20,105 bases of DNA from Ginkgo biloba (GCA_024626585.2 JANKJI020000001.1:10125558-10145662), one strand, 5' to 3'; counted from the stretch's first letter, positions 1 through 12,600 are shown. Made by a program: numbers and translations. Notes: generated from the sequence alone by a model not told the origin.

Positions 1-998
1 ATTTCCTTCAACTCCAACTTTTTCAACATTATTTATGATTAGTATTTACAAAAAAATTCGATGTTTTCAACGATCCTTTGTTTAGTTATTTTTTATTTAT
101 ACTCTTTGTTGAATCCATTAAGAACTTATTCTCATGTTTCAATTAATAATGAGATATTTCCATGTTTATGGTATAATGTCATCTCCTATTTCTCAAAGAG
201 ATCTCCTTGTAAAAGTTTAGTTTCTATCACCTAATATATTTCTAGGGTTTTAAAACTAGTTTCTAATTTTATTTTCTCAAATTCTACAAAGATGTGTTCA
301 CATGTATATTTCTAGTATCATTGGTCTAAATGGTTTATAGAGTTTCTTGTATTACATGTATGATACATATACATATGTTGTATATATGTAACCCAAAATG
401 GTGTATCTCTCAAAACTAATTCATATATAACATGTAATGGTATATGTATGTACATTTATTATGCATTCAAATATATATTTTTAATGTTTTTTATTATTAG
501 GATTTGCAATCAATTTCTATGGTTGACAAGGGAGAAGTGGACTCTAAACAAATTGTCCTTAACAACTCTCTTCTCTATGAATGAGTAGGAATTTGTAATA
601 TTTTTTTGTAATAACAATATTTCAAGAAGAAAAATTATCTTTCTCTAAGTATGAAATTATAAGTAGCTACACCACAAGTCTTTAAAAATACTATTGAGTG
701 GATAAGAATCCTTCCTTTAGCTAGTAAGCTACTATTTTATAAGGTAAGATGAGTAGCGATTATTATAAGATTAGAAGTTAAAAAGTCATAGAAAAAATAA
801 AACACATCAAGTAGACAATGAAACAAATTTCATTTAAATGAATGAAGATAAATGATACAAATAATGAGGAAAAAGGAAGGGAAGTATTAGATGAAGTGGC
901 TTCCAGTACCTCATCTTTTATCTTGCAATAGTTTTCTCCAACTATTATTGATAATTCCTCATTAAGTAGATGATTCAATAGATTTTATATAAATGTTT

Positions 999-1939
999 TT
1001 CTCCCCTTTTTTTACTTTAGAATGGAAGGTATTATATAGAGTGAGAGAGAAACTTCCTTTCCAAGACTTACAGACATAAAGAATGATCTTTTTTAATATT
1101 CTTGGGACTATGTATCATCACTACCTTGTTCTTTTTTATATATAAGAAGAAGCTTCTTTTATTTAGAGTAATTTACTATTTCTTTTTTTTTTTTATTTCC
1201 TCAATTATCTTCTCATTTTCCAAGAATCTTCACTTCTTTCCCATGTAGTGCAATTGGGTCACCATGGGCATTTATTTATCATTTTGGTGAAATTTCAAAT
1301 AGTTATTTTAAGAACTTTAGAAAAGGATTTTTTTCCAATTTCTATTTATGGATTTTTTTCTTAATATATTTTCCCCCGAAGTATGAAGGTAGTAGAGTAT
1401 TGTATGGATTATGTACTTTAGTAGTTGAGTATCCTAAATGGTGTTCGTAAATTTTCAACTATATAGTTGAGTTACTTTTTAGAGAAAGATAATTTCTTAA
1501 AATAATCTACTCATACTATCCATTTTTTAATGCAAAGGGAGAATGGATTTTTTTATAAAGATGACTCCAATCTATAAAAGAATAAGCTTCTCTTATTTTT
1601 TCTATAGCACAATGATGCAGTGTGGGAATTTCCCATGCTCAACATTATTATCTTAAAGGGTTAGATACGTTGTAACCTTAATAGCTATAATTTGTATTAT
1701 TATTAATCTTAAAAGTTAGATAAGCCCTAACTTCATGGCTATTATTGGAAATTAAAATGATATACCATAAATTATAATGATGTACTAGCTCAAATAATTC
1801 ATTAATGTTGATAAAATAGATAATCATTATTATGCTAAGAGATAACTTAGATTATATACTAAAGTCAATAGGTTAGTTGATGCTCTTTAAGGTAAGGTGT
1901 TTGTTATTACTATATGAAAAAAACTTATCCAATGATGAG
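999..1939 (+). repeat. ~940 bp diverged direct repeat, copy 1
   Basis: Colinear with 2575-3536 along its length (e.g. ATAAGCCCTAACTTCATGGCTATTATT and GAAATTAAAATGATATACCATAAATTATAATGATG shared); roughly 80-90% identity by eye. Confidence 0.9.
1861..1896 (+). mobile_element. Possible highly decayed Gypsy RNase H C-terminal motif
   Basis: Translates KVNRLVDAL*GK, resembling KANxVADALSRK; copy 2 has weak upstream echoes (VITSISR, DQEL). Very degenerate. Confidence 0.25.
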
Positions 1940-2574
1940 CACTATTGATGGGGGTTTCTTACACACCCACAATGAAGTCAAATTTTAGGTGTTTTCACCT
2001 ACACATTTTAGTTCCCCTACTAGATTTAGAGCACAAGGTACATAAAAAATGGGTCGTATAACTCAAGGGAGCATGGGAGTTTTCAAACCTATAAGAGAGA
2101 TTCTCAAGATGAGTATCCGAAAGGACACTATAATGAGGGGATGCATAGATGTCAACAAAATACAAAAGGGAAAGGAAGGTAGGGAAGAGAGAATGATTTA
2201 GAATACTCGAGGATACTCAAAGAGAAACAATGTCCTACTGGGATATGCAAGAAATAACTAATACTCAGATAATGCACACCTCAGGCTTCAAGATGACTTA
2301 CTTTTAAGGCAAAATGAAGAATGAGCTAAACATACACCACCAGTGGGTACCTATGGTCAGAGTTAAGTATTCAATTGGTAATAGAATGATTAACATAACT
2401 ATATGTATACATTAATAGGATATGTCCAAAAATATGGATAGATCATTGGGTAGTGAGAGACGACATCNNNNNNNNNNNNNNNNNNNNNNNNNNNNNNNNN
2501 NNNNNNNNNNNNNNNNNNNNNNNNNNNNNNNNNNNNNNNNNNNNNNNNNNNNNNNNNNNNNNNNNNNAAAAAAA

Positions 2575-3536
2575 TTCTCCCCTTTTTTTACTTTAAAGAA
2601 AAAGGCATTATACAGAGTGAGAGATAATATTCCTTTCCATTACTTACACACATATATAATAATATTTTTTAATATTATTAAGACTATGTCTCATCACTAA
2701 CTTGTTTTGCTTTATATATAAGAAGAATATTCTTTTATTTAGAGAAATTGACTATTTATTTACTTTTTATTTCCTCAATTATCTTCTCATTTTTCAAGAA
2801 TCCTCCCTTATTTCCATGTATTGCAATTGGATTATGCCATGGGAATTTCTTTATCATTTTGGTGAAGTTTNNNNNNNNNNNNNNNNNNATTTTAAGCCCT
2901 TTAGAAATGGATTTTTTTCCAATTTTTATTTGGGGATTTTTTTATGTTAATATAATCCCCCCCTAAAGAATGAAGGTAGTATATTATTGTATGGATGATG
3001 TACTTTAGTAGTTGAATATACTAAATGGTAATGGGATATTTTAAACTATATAGTTGAGTTAGTGTTTGAGTTAAACTATATAGTAGATTATTTTTTAAAA
3101 TAATCTACTCATAGTATCCATTTTATAATGAAAATGGAGGATGATAAATTTTATAAAGATGACTCTAATCTAAAAAATAATAAACTTCCCATTTATGTTC
3201 TATAGCACAATGGCACAAGGTGGCAATGTCCCATTCTCAATATTATTATATTACAGGGCTAGATAGGTCATAACCTCAATATCTAGAATTTATATTATTA
3301 TTAAGATCAAGAGTTAAATAAGCCCTAACTTCATGGCTATTATTAGAAATTAAAATGATATACCATAAATTATAATGATGCACTAGCTCAAATAATTAAT
3401 TAATGTTGACAAAATAGATAATAATTATTATGATAAGAGATAACTTAGGTTATATACTAAAGTTAGCAGGTTAGTTAATTCTCTTAAAGGTAAGGTGATT
3501 GTTATTATTTAATAAAATAACTTATCTAATGTTGAG
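2575..3536 (+). repeat. ~960 bp diverged direct repeat, copy 2
   Basis: Colinear with 999-1939; starts just after the 100-N gap at 2468-2567. Confidence 0.9.
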
Positions 3537-4298
3537 AACAAAATGGACTTAAATCAAGAAAGGATAGACTCAAGAGATACCAAAAATGGTTTGTTGAGAT
3601 AGAATAATAAGTGATAAATATATAGAACCCATGAACTTTGAGATTGATTGAATATGAATTTCAATAAACCAAAACCCTATATTAAGTGATGAGGATTACA
3701 AGGATCTTGGTAAAATGAGGCTATTAAATTATTAATACATGAGACAAAACTAACAAATTGACTATGCATACATGAACTGTAGGAATGGTTGATAGCTAAG
3801 TAATATTTACTATTTTATNNNNNNNNNNNNNNNNNNNNNNNNNNNNNNNNNNNNNNNNNNNNNNNNNNNNNNNNNNNNNNNNNNNNNNNNNNNNNNNNNN
3901 NNNNNNNNNNNNNNNNNNGCCATCCTATATGAAGAATAAAGACAAAAAATAATCCAACTAAAATCCCAATATCACTAAGTATTATCTAAGTGATCTTGAA
4001 TATACTCTTTATATATTATAACAATAACACAACTCCTTAAGGGAATTATGTTATCTCTAGAAAATGTTTCAAATATTATTAAGATTACTAAAGTTCTTGT
4101 AATATTTTAAGGTAATATCAAGTTAAAATTTCTCCCTATCATATTTTTGATAAGTTTTTATATCCTAAAATGAAAGTCTCATCTACCTTAATAGTTAAGA
4201 AGTGATTGAGTGAAGGAATTTAAGGAAACTAATAATTTCAAAATCCACTCCAATAGTTGAGATCATGAATACAATGGATACCTATTAATTATTTGAAA

Positions 4299-4763
4299 TT
4301 CTATATGACATAGTTGCCTAAGCATAAATTGGTGAGTCATATAGAAATTAACTACAAAGTGTCATGAGTTTAGATTTTAGTATACTAGCATCATCAATGC
4401 TCAACTTAATGTGGACTAAGTGATGGATGGAATGATCGTTGATACATTATGATCCTAATATTAGATGGGATGAAGCTTATTTTGTTCATTGAGGTTAGTA
4501 ATACTACTCTATAAGTAAGAGTGATCATTAGGAAAAGGATCCTTAATGATCATGAGAGAGATTATTTTTTATAATTTTTAGTAGAGAGACTATGGGTAGT
4601 GGATGGAAAGTTTAAACTTGCATTACATAAATAATATAATATAACAATCCTCATATCTCTCCTAAGTTCTATATGATGATGGATATTGAACGCAATGATG
4701 GTGAGTTGTGTAGAGATTAAATATTAGGTGGTCCAAATTTAGGTAGAATCTAGCATCATCAAT
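4299..4763 (+). repeat. Old diverged ~100 bp direct repeat pair (4299-4398 and 4667-4763)
   Basis: Shared ordered blocks TTCTATATGA...TGGTGAGT...TAGA-ATTAA...TTTAG...CTAGCATCATCAAT at an offset of about 365-369. Confidence 0.65.
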
Positions 4764-6882
4764 AGTGAGATTAGAAACAACTTCACAAATACTAACATTA
4801 TCAATATATTGTGGAGTAACCTAGGGTTCACATGTGTATATACACTTATTTAATGTATTATATATGGTATCCTATCATATATGTAAAAGATAATTATAGA
4901 GATATGTATCTTGTGCAATCTCATGAAAAGAAAATCTTGAATTAATAAAGATGATGAGCATGACATCATAGGATATCAACTTATAATTTGTTAGTAGTGG
5001 TATTAGATCTATAGAGAATATGATGAAATGATACCTCTTGAAAATGATGGATAAGTAGATGGGATTGTCTAAGAAGATTGCATAAACATGGGTTATGTAT
5101 TTTACGAGAACCATTTAATTATGAAACAACTAGCTAAAAGTAAAAAAATATAGTAAGATGTATAATTTTTTAACCATGGGCATCATGTAAAAGGCCAATA
5201 ATTTCTTAATATGTTTCTNNNNNNNNNNNNNNNNNNNNNNNNNNNNNNNNNNNNNNNNNNNNNNNNNNNNNNNNNNNNNNNNNNNNNNNNNNNNNNNNNN
5301 NNNNNNNNNNNNNNNNNNATCTTACCTTTTATTATGTAACTTTAATTTTAAAGAAGTAAAAATAAGGCCCCCTAAAAAAAAATAAAAAATTAGATTAATC
5401 TACATGGAGTTAAGAATTGGTGAGAAAAGAACCAATGAAAAATACAAAATTTAATGTTCTTAAACTTGTAGGGTATATAAACTACCACTTTATAAAAGGG
5501 AGTTTATATTGTAACTGAATGTTAATTATAGTTTAGAATTTTATGAAGTTGGAAAGGCTCATATAATAGATCATCCTCTTTGGCATTATAAGGTCCCTCA
5601 TGCACCATACCTAGCATGCATTATTCTATGATTTCTAGATATAGATAATATCAAGGATTTATATCAATTTTCTCAACATTTAATGAGATTATTTAAGAAC
5701 CTTCATGGAGATATACAATATACATTAGATCAAATTATTGATTATGATTTCAATTAGATTCCATGTACAAAATCAAAATATTTCGGTAGAAGCAAGGGTG
5801 ATAGTAGACCCTCTAGTGGTGCTAGATCTTATTTTCCATAATTATTTTTTATTATGAGTTATATCATATTGGTTTGGATAATATATGTTCTCTATTTAGG
5901 GAGTAAATAGATTCCTTATTTTGCATAAATGTATTTACCTAGCCTAATCATCATAATTATGTGTATTTTTCATATAAAGATAAGCATGGTTGATCATTGG
6001 TATGTATAATAGTTTTTATTTAAAATTATTAATCTCATTTCAAATTAGTAATTTATATCTATTATGTGATATATTAAAACTTGACACATTATCTAATAAT
6101 TAATTTTTATCTCTTTTTATGATTTTATTATCAATAATTCAAATGATTCTTTTAGGACTTTTTATTTTAATAACACTAAAAATAATTGGGCTTATCTAAC
6201 AATAGATTTTTTTGAGAAAATCCCATTAATTATTTTAGTCACATGGTTGTGAATGGACCAATCATACAACTTACCTTCAAGATTTTGTAGTTTACTATCA
6301 TCTAGTAGCATGTTTCTAGAACTACCTACCACATCTACTACTAATTACTAAGTGCAGTCATGGTTAGATGAAACATCACCTTATGAATCTTGGTTTTGTT
6401 TAAGGTATTTTTTATTAGGTGGAATGGAAAATTTACCTTCATATTATTGACAAGAAACATCAAGCTATGGGTTGAATTCATATCTTAATTCATAACCTAC
6501 CTCTTAAACAAGGATGAGATCCTCAATATCCAATTCAACCTCTTCAATCTCCAATGTAGTATCTTCTTAACTACATTTGATGAACTATGTTTAATAGGTT
6601 TAAAATCATCAAAATTTAATTAAAAAAATATTTGATCCAATTATTTCAACTCTTTGTAATTTGAGAGTCTCTCTTATTCATTATCATTAATTAACCCTCC
6701 TTTATTATTCATTTTGATTTCTTTCATGTTTATTTTCACACTCTTTTCAACTTCTCATCTTGTATCAACTTTTTTTATTTTTAAAATAAAAATGGGGATT
6801 ATTATGTTAATAATTAGATACAAATTTTATAGATCTTAAAAAAATAATGCTAGTATTAGTTTTGAGAATAAAAAATCACATG

Positions 6883-7447
6883 TGTAACGTCAACTTTCAA
6901 GAAGATTTTTCCTATAGTAAAGGATAATACCATCGGAACCCATAATAATGATAAAACATAGGGTATGACTATGTGAAAGTTATTTGATTAAATAAACTAT
7001 TTTTAAACAAATCAAATTATTTGATTAAATAAATTATTCAATTGAATAATTTATTTAGTCGAATAATTTATTCTATTAAACAAACTATATTTCTATCTTA
7101 TTCTTGAATTTGAAAATTTATTCGATTGAATAATCTTAGTACCCTACCCAAAAATTTTACTTCCCTATAAAACCTTGTAATTTGACTCAAATAAATTGAA
7201 TTTACTAATTTTTTTACATAGAATTTTTTACACTATAAAAATATGATCAAACCTAATTTTCTCCTCATATAATTTAATGTAATTTAACTTTGAGTTTCTA
7301 CTTTTAAGATATATAATATTTATTAAAAATTATGAAAAATAAGTATTTTTAAAATTATCTAGAAAGTTTAGTTTAAAAAACTAAATTTTGTATACCATTG
7401 TAATATTTATAATAAGTAAATATTCTTAGGGCAGGGGGGGCGTGACA
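6883..7447. mobile_element. Candidate solo LTR or LTR fragment
   Basis: Bounded by TGTAACGTC...GGGGGGGCGTGACA (imperfect inverted TG..CA termini, 7/9 match); no matching TSD seen. Confidence 0.3.
6980..7133. repeat. Array of 16-bp imperfect palindromes (17-bp period), inferred consensus TTATTCGATCGAATAA
   Basis: Units at 6980, 7017, 7034, 7051, 7068 and 7118: TTATTTGATTAAATAA twice, TTATTCAATTGAATAA, TTATTTAGTCGAATAA, TTATTCTATTAAACAA, TTATTCGATTGAATAA. Confidence 0.8.
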
Positions 7448-8516
7448 CCCACATATTCCACCCATTATAATCTACATAACTATAATAACATAATTCCAAT
7501 CTAATTCCTTANNNNNNNNNNNNNNNNNNNNNNNNNNNNNNNNNNNNNNNNNNNNNNNNNNNNNNNNNNNNNNNNNNNNNNNNNNNNNNNNNNNNNNNNN
7601 NNNNNNNNNNNCTTTTTTTTTTTATATGAAGATGAAGCACTTTCTTGAAAAAGTCTAAAAAATAAGATAATTAATAGGCCACTCCTATATTAATCATAGC
7701 ACATTCACTCTTCCACATTGCACATTAACTTTGTATGATATATGAGATAGTACTCTCATAGTCAAATTAAAATATATGAATGTTTGATTCACGGGAGTAA
7801 CTTTAAATCTCATGCCAATATGTGTCATCTCTACCTTAGGGATTCAAGAAAAAATTGGCTGAGGATGAGAAAATATATTTGGAATAACTCAATGCCTGCT
7901 TTGGAATAATTTATATTTTATTGAGTCTGGGGGATCAGGCCTATAGACCACCCTTTATAATTCTATGAACCAATTCCCTAAACTCTAATTTCTCAATATG
8001 CAGACTTAAATTGACACTTAATGAAGGTGTGTATTTCCTTCGGTTCTGAATCCTTATGGTGACTTATCATCAAATAGCCTTGAGTTTCTGATCCCTAATA
8101 GGTTACCCCAAACCTAAATACATTTTATAACCAAAATGAGATCACTGCATTAGTTTTGAGGAATATCCCCAGAGTTATTAGGGATACTACAAATAAATTT
8201 TCTCCATTATTCCAATATTTTTCCCGAGGAAAACTTCATTATTCTAATTGCCCATTCCACTTTTCACAAGTGCTAGTCAATCCCAGTAGAAACCCAGGAT
8301 AGTCAGTCACCAACCCATATGATATCTCACCCATCCAGCCTATAACAATTAGAGAGGGAAGTTACTTAAAATTAAAAGGATAAATTTAATGATGAGATTT
8401 GTCTTTGAAAAATCCAAACTTCTTGATTACTTGGCATCATATTCATTGTGTTATGATTAAATTGTCATCTAAGAGTGGCCCCATTAATGGTTAACACCCA
8501 TNNNNNNNNNNNNNNN

Positions 8517-9042
8517 AATCTATGGTCCTCTATCTTAGATTATGAATAAAGAAACTATAGAGGCTAATGGTCTAAATAAATAATAGTATCCTTATTAAGG
8601 AGATAATGCTTCTAATGCTTCATAATTTGGACTATTGTATAGATCTCCTTATGATATGTATTTTCCTCTACACTATCTCTAAAAAATACTTTCAATGGTG
8701 TGCAATTGGCTTGCCTTGCTTGTTAGAACTATTCCCCTAGCATGGCTCAATGCATATACCTCCACCTTAAAAGGAAACTAAAGATTATTCATGGCTAGAA
8801 ATGGTGATGTACATAAGTGATTCTTCAACGTCAAAAGCATCATGTTGTCCTTTACCCTAAGTGAAGGATTTCTTATCCTTTGTAATCAAAAGGAGAGGAG
8901 AATAAATATTTAAAAAAATAAGTATAAACTTCCTATATAAGGTATTCAATCCCTAAAATCTACATAAATCAAGAACATTGTATGGTTTCCCCTAATCCCT
9001 CAAGACCTCAAACTTGGTGGGATCTACTCTAAACCCATACTC
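8517..9042 (-). mobile_element. Degenerate Ty3/Gypsy pol remnant (RT thumb/connection plus RNase H)
   Basis: Manual minus-strand translation with frameshifts: GFRVDPTKFEVLRD*GKPYNV..RF*GL..YRKFI..SPL..SFT*GKGQHDAF..LK..LCTSPFLA..PFKVEVYA..GIVL..GKPIAHH..KEIYTIVQIMKH*KHYLLNKDTIIYLDH*PL*FL. This follows the Gypsy motif order VDPxK..W..FLGL..YRKF..APL..W..AF..LK..PF..DAS..ELYA..W.HYL..TDH.PL. Stops mostly sit at expected Trp/Gln codons. Confidence 0.85.
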
Positions 9043-9471
9043 NNNNNNNNNNNNNNNNNNNNNNNNNNNNNNNNNNNNNNNNNNNNNNNNNNNNNNNNNN
9101 NNNNNNNNNNNNNNNNNNNNNNNNNNNNNNNNNNNNNNNNNNGTCACACATACAAAAATAAGACAAAAAATTAAAAATATATATATTTTTGCTAAAATGA
9201 TTGGATATTAATTTTTTTTTCTTTCTAGTCTTCCTTTAGGGTAGCTACACAACACGAGTTAGTAGTTTTGGTGATGTTCTCCATAAGTTAGTAACTAAAA
9301 ATAAAAAATTGTTAAAAATACAAAGCAAAATTATTGATAATCAATAACCAAAGCATTAGAGACCTATACATAAATATTAGGAATGATAAACTNNNNNNNN
9401 NNNNNNNNNNNNNNNNNNNNNNNNNNNNNNNNNNNNNNNNNNNNNNNNNNNNNNNNNNNNNNNNNNNNNNN

Positions 9472-9652
9472 ATAATGTCAAACTGACTATGGTCCAAACT
9501 GCGAAATGCCAAATGATAAATGTGTTCTAATGGAGTATCGCCTGGGATCTGCACAAAAATGTTGGAAGTAAAAAAAAAAATGTCAAATTTTTACTTAGAA
9601 GATCAACTCTCTTAGCAGTCTAACGGCATAAGGAATGTTGGGAAAGTAACAC
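9472..9652 (-). pseudogene. Candidate exons of an unidentified gene or gene fragment: 9652-9625 plus 9548-9472(gap) = CYFPNIPYA|IPGDTPLEHIYHLAFRSLDHSQFDI
   Basis: Minus-strand acceptors CTGCAG and T10-ACTTCCAACATTTTTGTGCAG; a GCC|GTTAGA donor gives a 76-nt phase-0 intron joining two open frames; CpGs are retained. Product not recognised. Confidence 0.4.
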
Positions 9653-12600
9653 CTGCAGTATATACTAAATTGGTAAGTAGTTATTATAACATTATAAATA
9701 CTTATGAGAATAAGCCACATAGATGTAGAAATAAATTAAAATAAAGCGATGAATGAAATAGAGTGTAGATGTAACAAGTGTGAAAGATGGGCTACTTAAA
9801 AAAAAGGGAAAATTTTGTCCTCCTAGGGTATCTATTGTGTATGTCAGTGAGGAAGGGAAGGCCTAGGAGCATCAAAATTTCAAGTGTTACATGGAAGAAA
9901 GTGAAGATAACCACTTCTAGAGAGGAAGGCATGAAATTCCTAAAGATGAGCTACCCCCTATAGANNNNNNNNNNNNNNNNNNNNNNNNNNNNNATAATTC
10001 ATTTGATCTGCCCAATCATGAAAAATTACAAAAATCCACTAGATATAACATTTAAGATGCAAAAGAATGAAAAAGTGAGAATGTCAAAAGTACACCTAAC
10101 TAGGTTAAGTCTCTCAATCAATTTCTAGGTGTATTATCATTGGAATGAACACAATTCCTTAGAATATGAAGTTTTCCTAGAAAACTATGATTCTTCATCT
10201 AACAANNNNNNNNNNNNNNNNNNNNNNNNNNNNNNNNNNNNNNNNNNNNNNNNNNNNNNNNNNNNNNNNNNNNNNNNNNNNNNNNNNNNNNNNNNNNNNN
10301 NNNNNAAGGAATGACTAAACGGGAAAAAATACAATTGATAAAAATGAATGTAAAAAAACGATCGAAGGAATAAGCAAACCCACCAACGATGACAACAACA
10401 GATCTCATATCAAAGACAAAAAACAATCATCACATGGACTGTCGCATCACATCAAGTTATGCAAGGAGATTTTCATGCTAATCAACCATACCTCATCATA
10501 ATGACATCGTAATAACATTTAAAATCAAACGCAAATAAGTTGGATATGCATAACGAGATTCTCAATGAGTTGGTGTAGGGATAAAGTGCTACTGCAATTA
10601 GAGGAGTAAGACGATGCCATGGGAAAGAGGAAGAATGAACAATCTCCAAGTGGAAGTTAGTCCCATTACAATGTGAAAATACGTGAGCATAATGAACCAA
10701 AATTATGAGCACAACTCAAGGTGTTTGCAGAAGACCACCCAATTCACATACCTCTAGAAAATGCAGTATTGCAAACCTATTTTGTACAAGCTCCTCTTTT
10801 CTTTGAGCCAGGGAGCCTCACCTCAACAATCATGCAAGAAACAACAAAACCTAAGTTACTATGTATCATAGATGTAGTCATACATCAAGTAACTGGATTA
10901 ACTAGGGATAGAGCTAAAGTTCCATTAGCATCGCAATTATTGTGATAGGAAGTGGTAAGCGAATATTGCCTAAGCAAAAGTCGGTGCATCCTCCTTCGGG
11001 CTTAGGACTAAAGGACTCAAGAATCCCGCCTCCGATGGATAACGAAGCTCATGGTCATAAATTTGCAAGGATTTTTCATAGATTTTAGGGAAAGAATGTA
11101 AGACAAGTGTTTAATTTTATGAAAACCAAGTTTGAATAGTTCTAGTAATCTCATTAAGTATATATAACTTATCTAATCTTATGGGAAGCTAATTTAAATA
11201 ATAACATTATCTTAGTTAATTAACTTGTACAAAGTGTCCCATTTGGTAGTTACTTCTGCTTTTATTTTGTACATTTATTTCAAGTTTGAATACATTAAGT
11301 TCTTTTCTTCTTTAAACAAGTTTGAATTGACTATTAAAGTACCTTTATGTATTGGAATTTTCCTAAGCATTTTGTTCTTTACTATAGTTAAACACTAAAC
11401 ATAAAGTATAATTNNNNNNNNNNNNNNNNNNNNNNNNNNNNNNNNNNNNNNNNNNNNNNNNNNNNNNNNNNNNNNNNNNNNNNNNNNNNNNNNNNNNNNN
11501 NNNNNNNNNNNNNGCTCCTTTTGAAAGACATTAAGGAAAGAATCCTTTACTACTCTTGCATTGCATGGAATTTGGGGAAAGAAAAGAAGGGCAGGGAATT
11601 CAAATATAAATTTATCTTCTTTTGATTAATTAATTAAGGGGGTCTTTCTTGTTTGTTTGCTTTCGTAATAGTTCACGTAGTCATTTGCACATAAGACATT
11701 CCTTCTTCGAGGTATGTCAGGGATTAGCCTTGTGCCTCCCAATTATTTGGGCCAACCTTTTTGGCTAAACTGGGTGGAGAAGTCTCTTTCTCCGACTTAC
11801 ACATCTGTATTTGAGGTATCTCTATATTAATCACCTTGGGGAATATTCTTCTTAAGGTTGTGTCATGTGATAGGTACAAATGCCCCTACCTACATCCTAA
11901 TACCATATGTAAATTTAAATAAGGAATCTTGACATCAATCACCTTCAAAGTTCCTCTCTACATTCCAAAGACAATTCACAAGGCTCAATATGGCCTAAAA
12001 GGTTTTCCATTTCAAAGTAGATTTTGGGATGCAAGTTTGTATGCTGATGTGTGAGTATCCTCCCTCTCTCTAGTACTAACATTACTTAATATTTTTTAAG
12101 TGCTATATTGGCCTCCTCTAAGCATGTGGTTAGTCTCCTTATCAATTATTATACGTGTTTGTTGACGTATAGTGTGACTTTTTAATCTCACTACGACATA
12201 CTGCCTCGTGGAATGTTGGCTTATGCTACTATGTTAAGACCTTAGTATCTTGTCGTTCCCACTTCCAACCACCATCGTGAATATAGGGGTTAGAGGGAGG
12301 TCTTATGAGAAGAGCTAAGCTATATGATTTAAGGGGGTTATGGAATCATGCAAATACATAAAGGAGGTTTATATGAAAATAAAGTATCGTGCCCTTAATA
12401 CATGGATCCCCATATTATTTAGAACATGTCTTTGGAATTATTGCTAAAGAGAGGAAGAAGGGATTCATTTCAGTAGCTAAAATCTTATGGATCCTACAAA
12501 TTTCCATTTTTCTCTTTTTAATAAGCTTGTATTAAAAGATAACACCTGGTACACTATTATAACTGAGATGGTCTTTTTTTACTCACTCATCTTTAACTTT

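Noticed and set aside
340-480. TA/CATG-rich local palindromes
   Set aside because: Low-complexity sequence where self-complementarity is expected from composition.
2070-2081. 12-mer AGCATGGGAGTT shared with 15759-15770 in the exon insertion
   Set aside because: Several exact 12-mer matches are expected by chance in a window of this size, and flanking similarity is patchy.
8230-8250. Inverted ~20 bp similarity to 10159-10178 (TTAGAATA-TGAAGTTTTCCT)
   Set aside because: Short, gapped and not visibly extendable.
10482-10945. 74-76 aa ORFs in a slightly GC-richer stretch
   Set aside because: No recognisable motifs or convincing splice context; probably repeat-derived.
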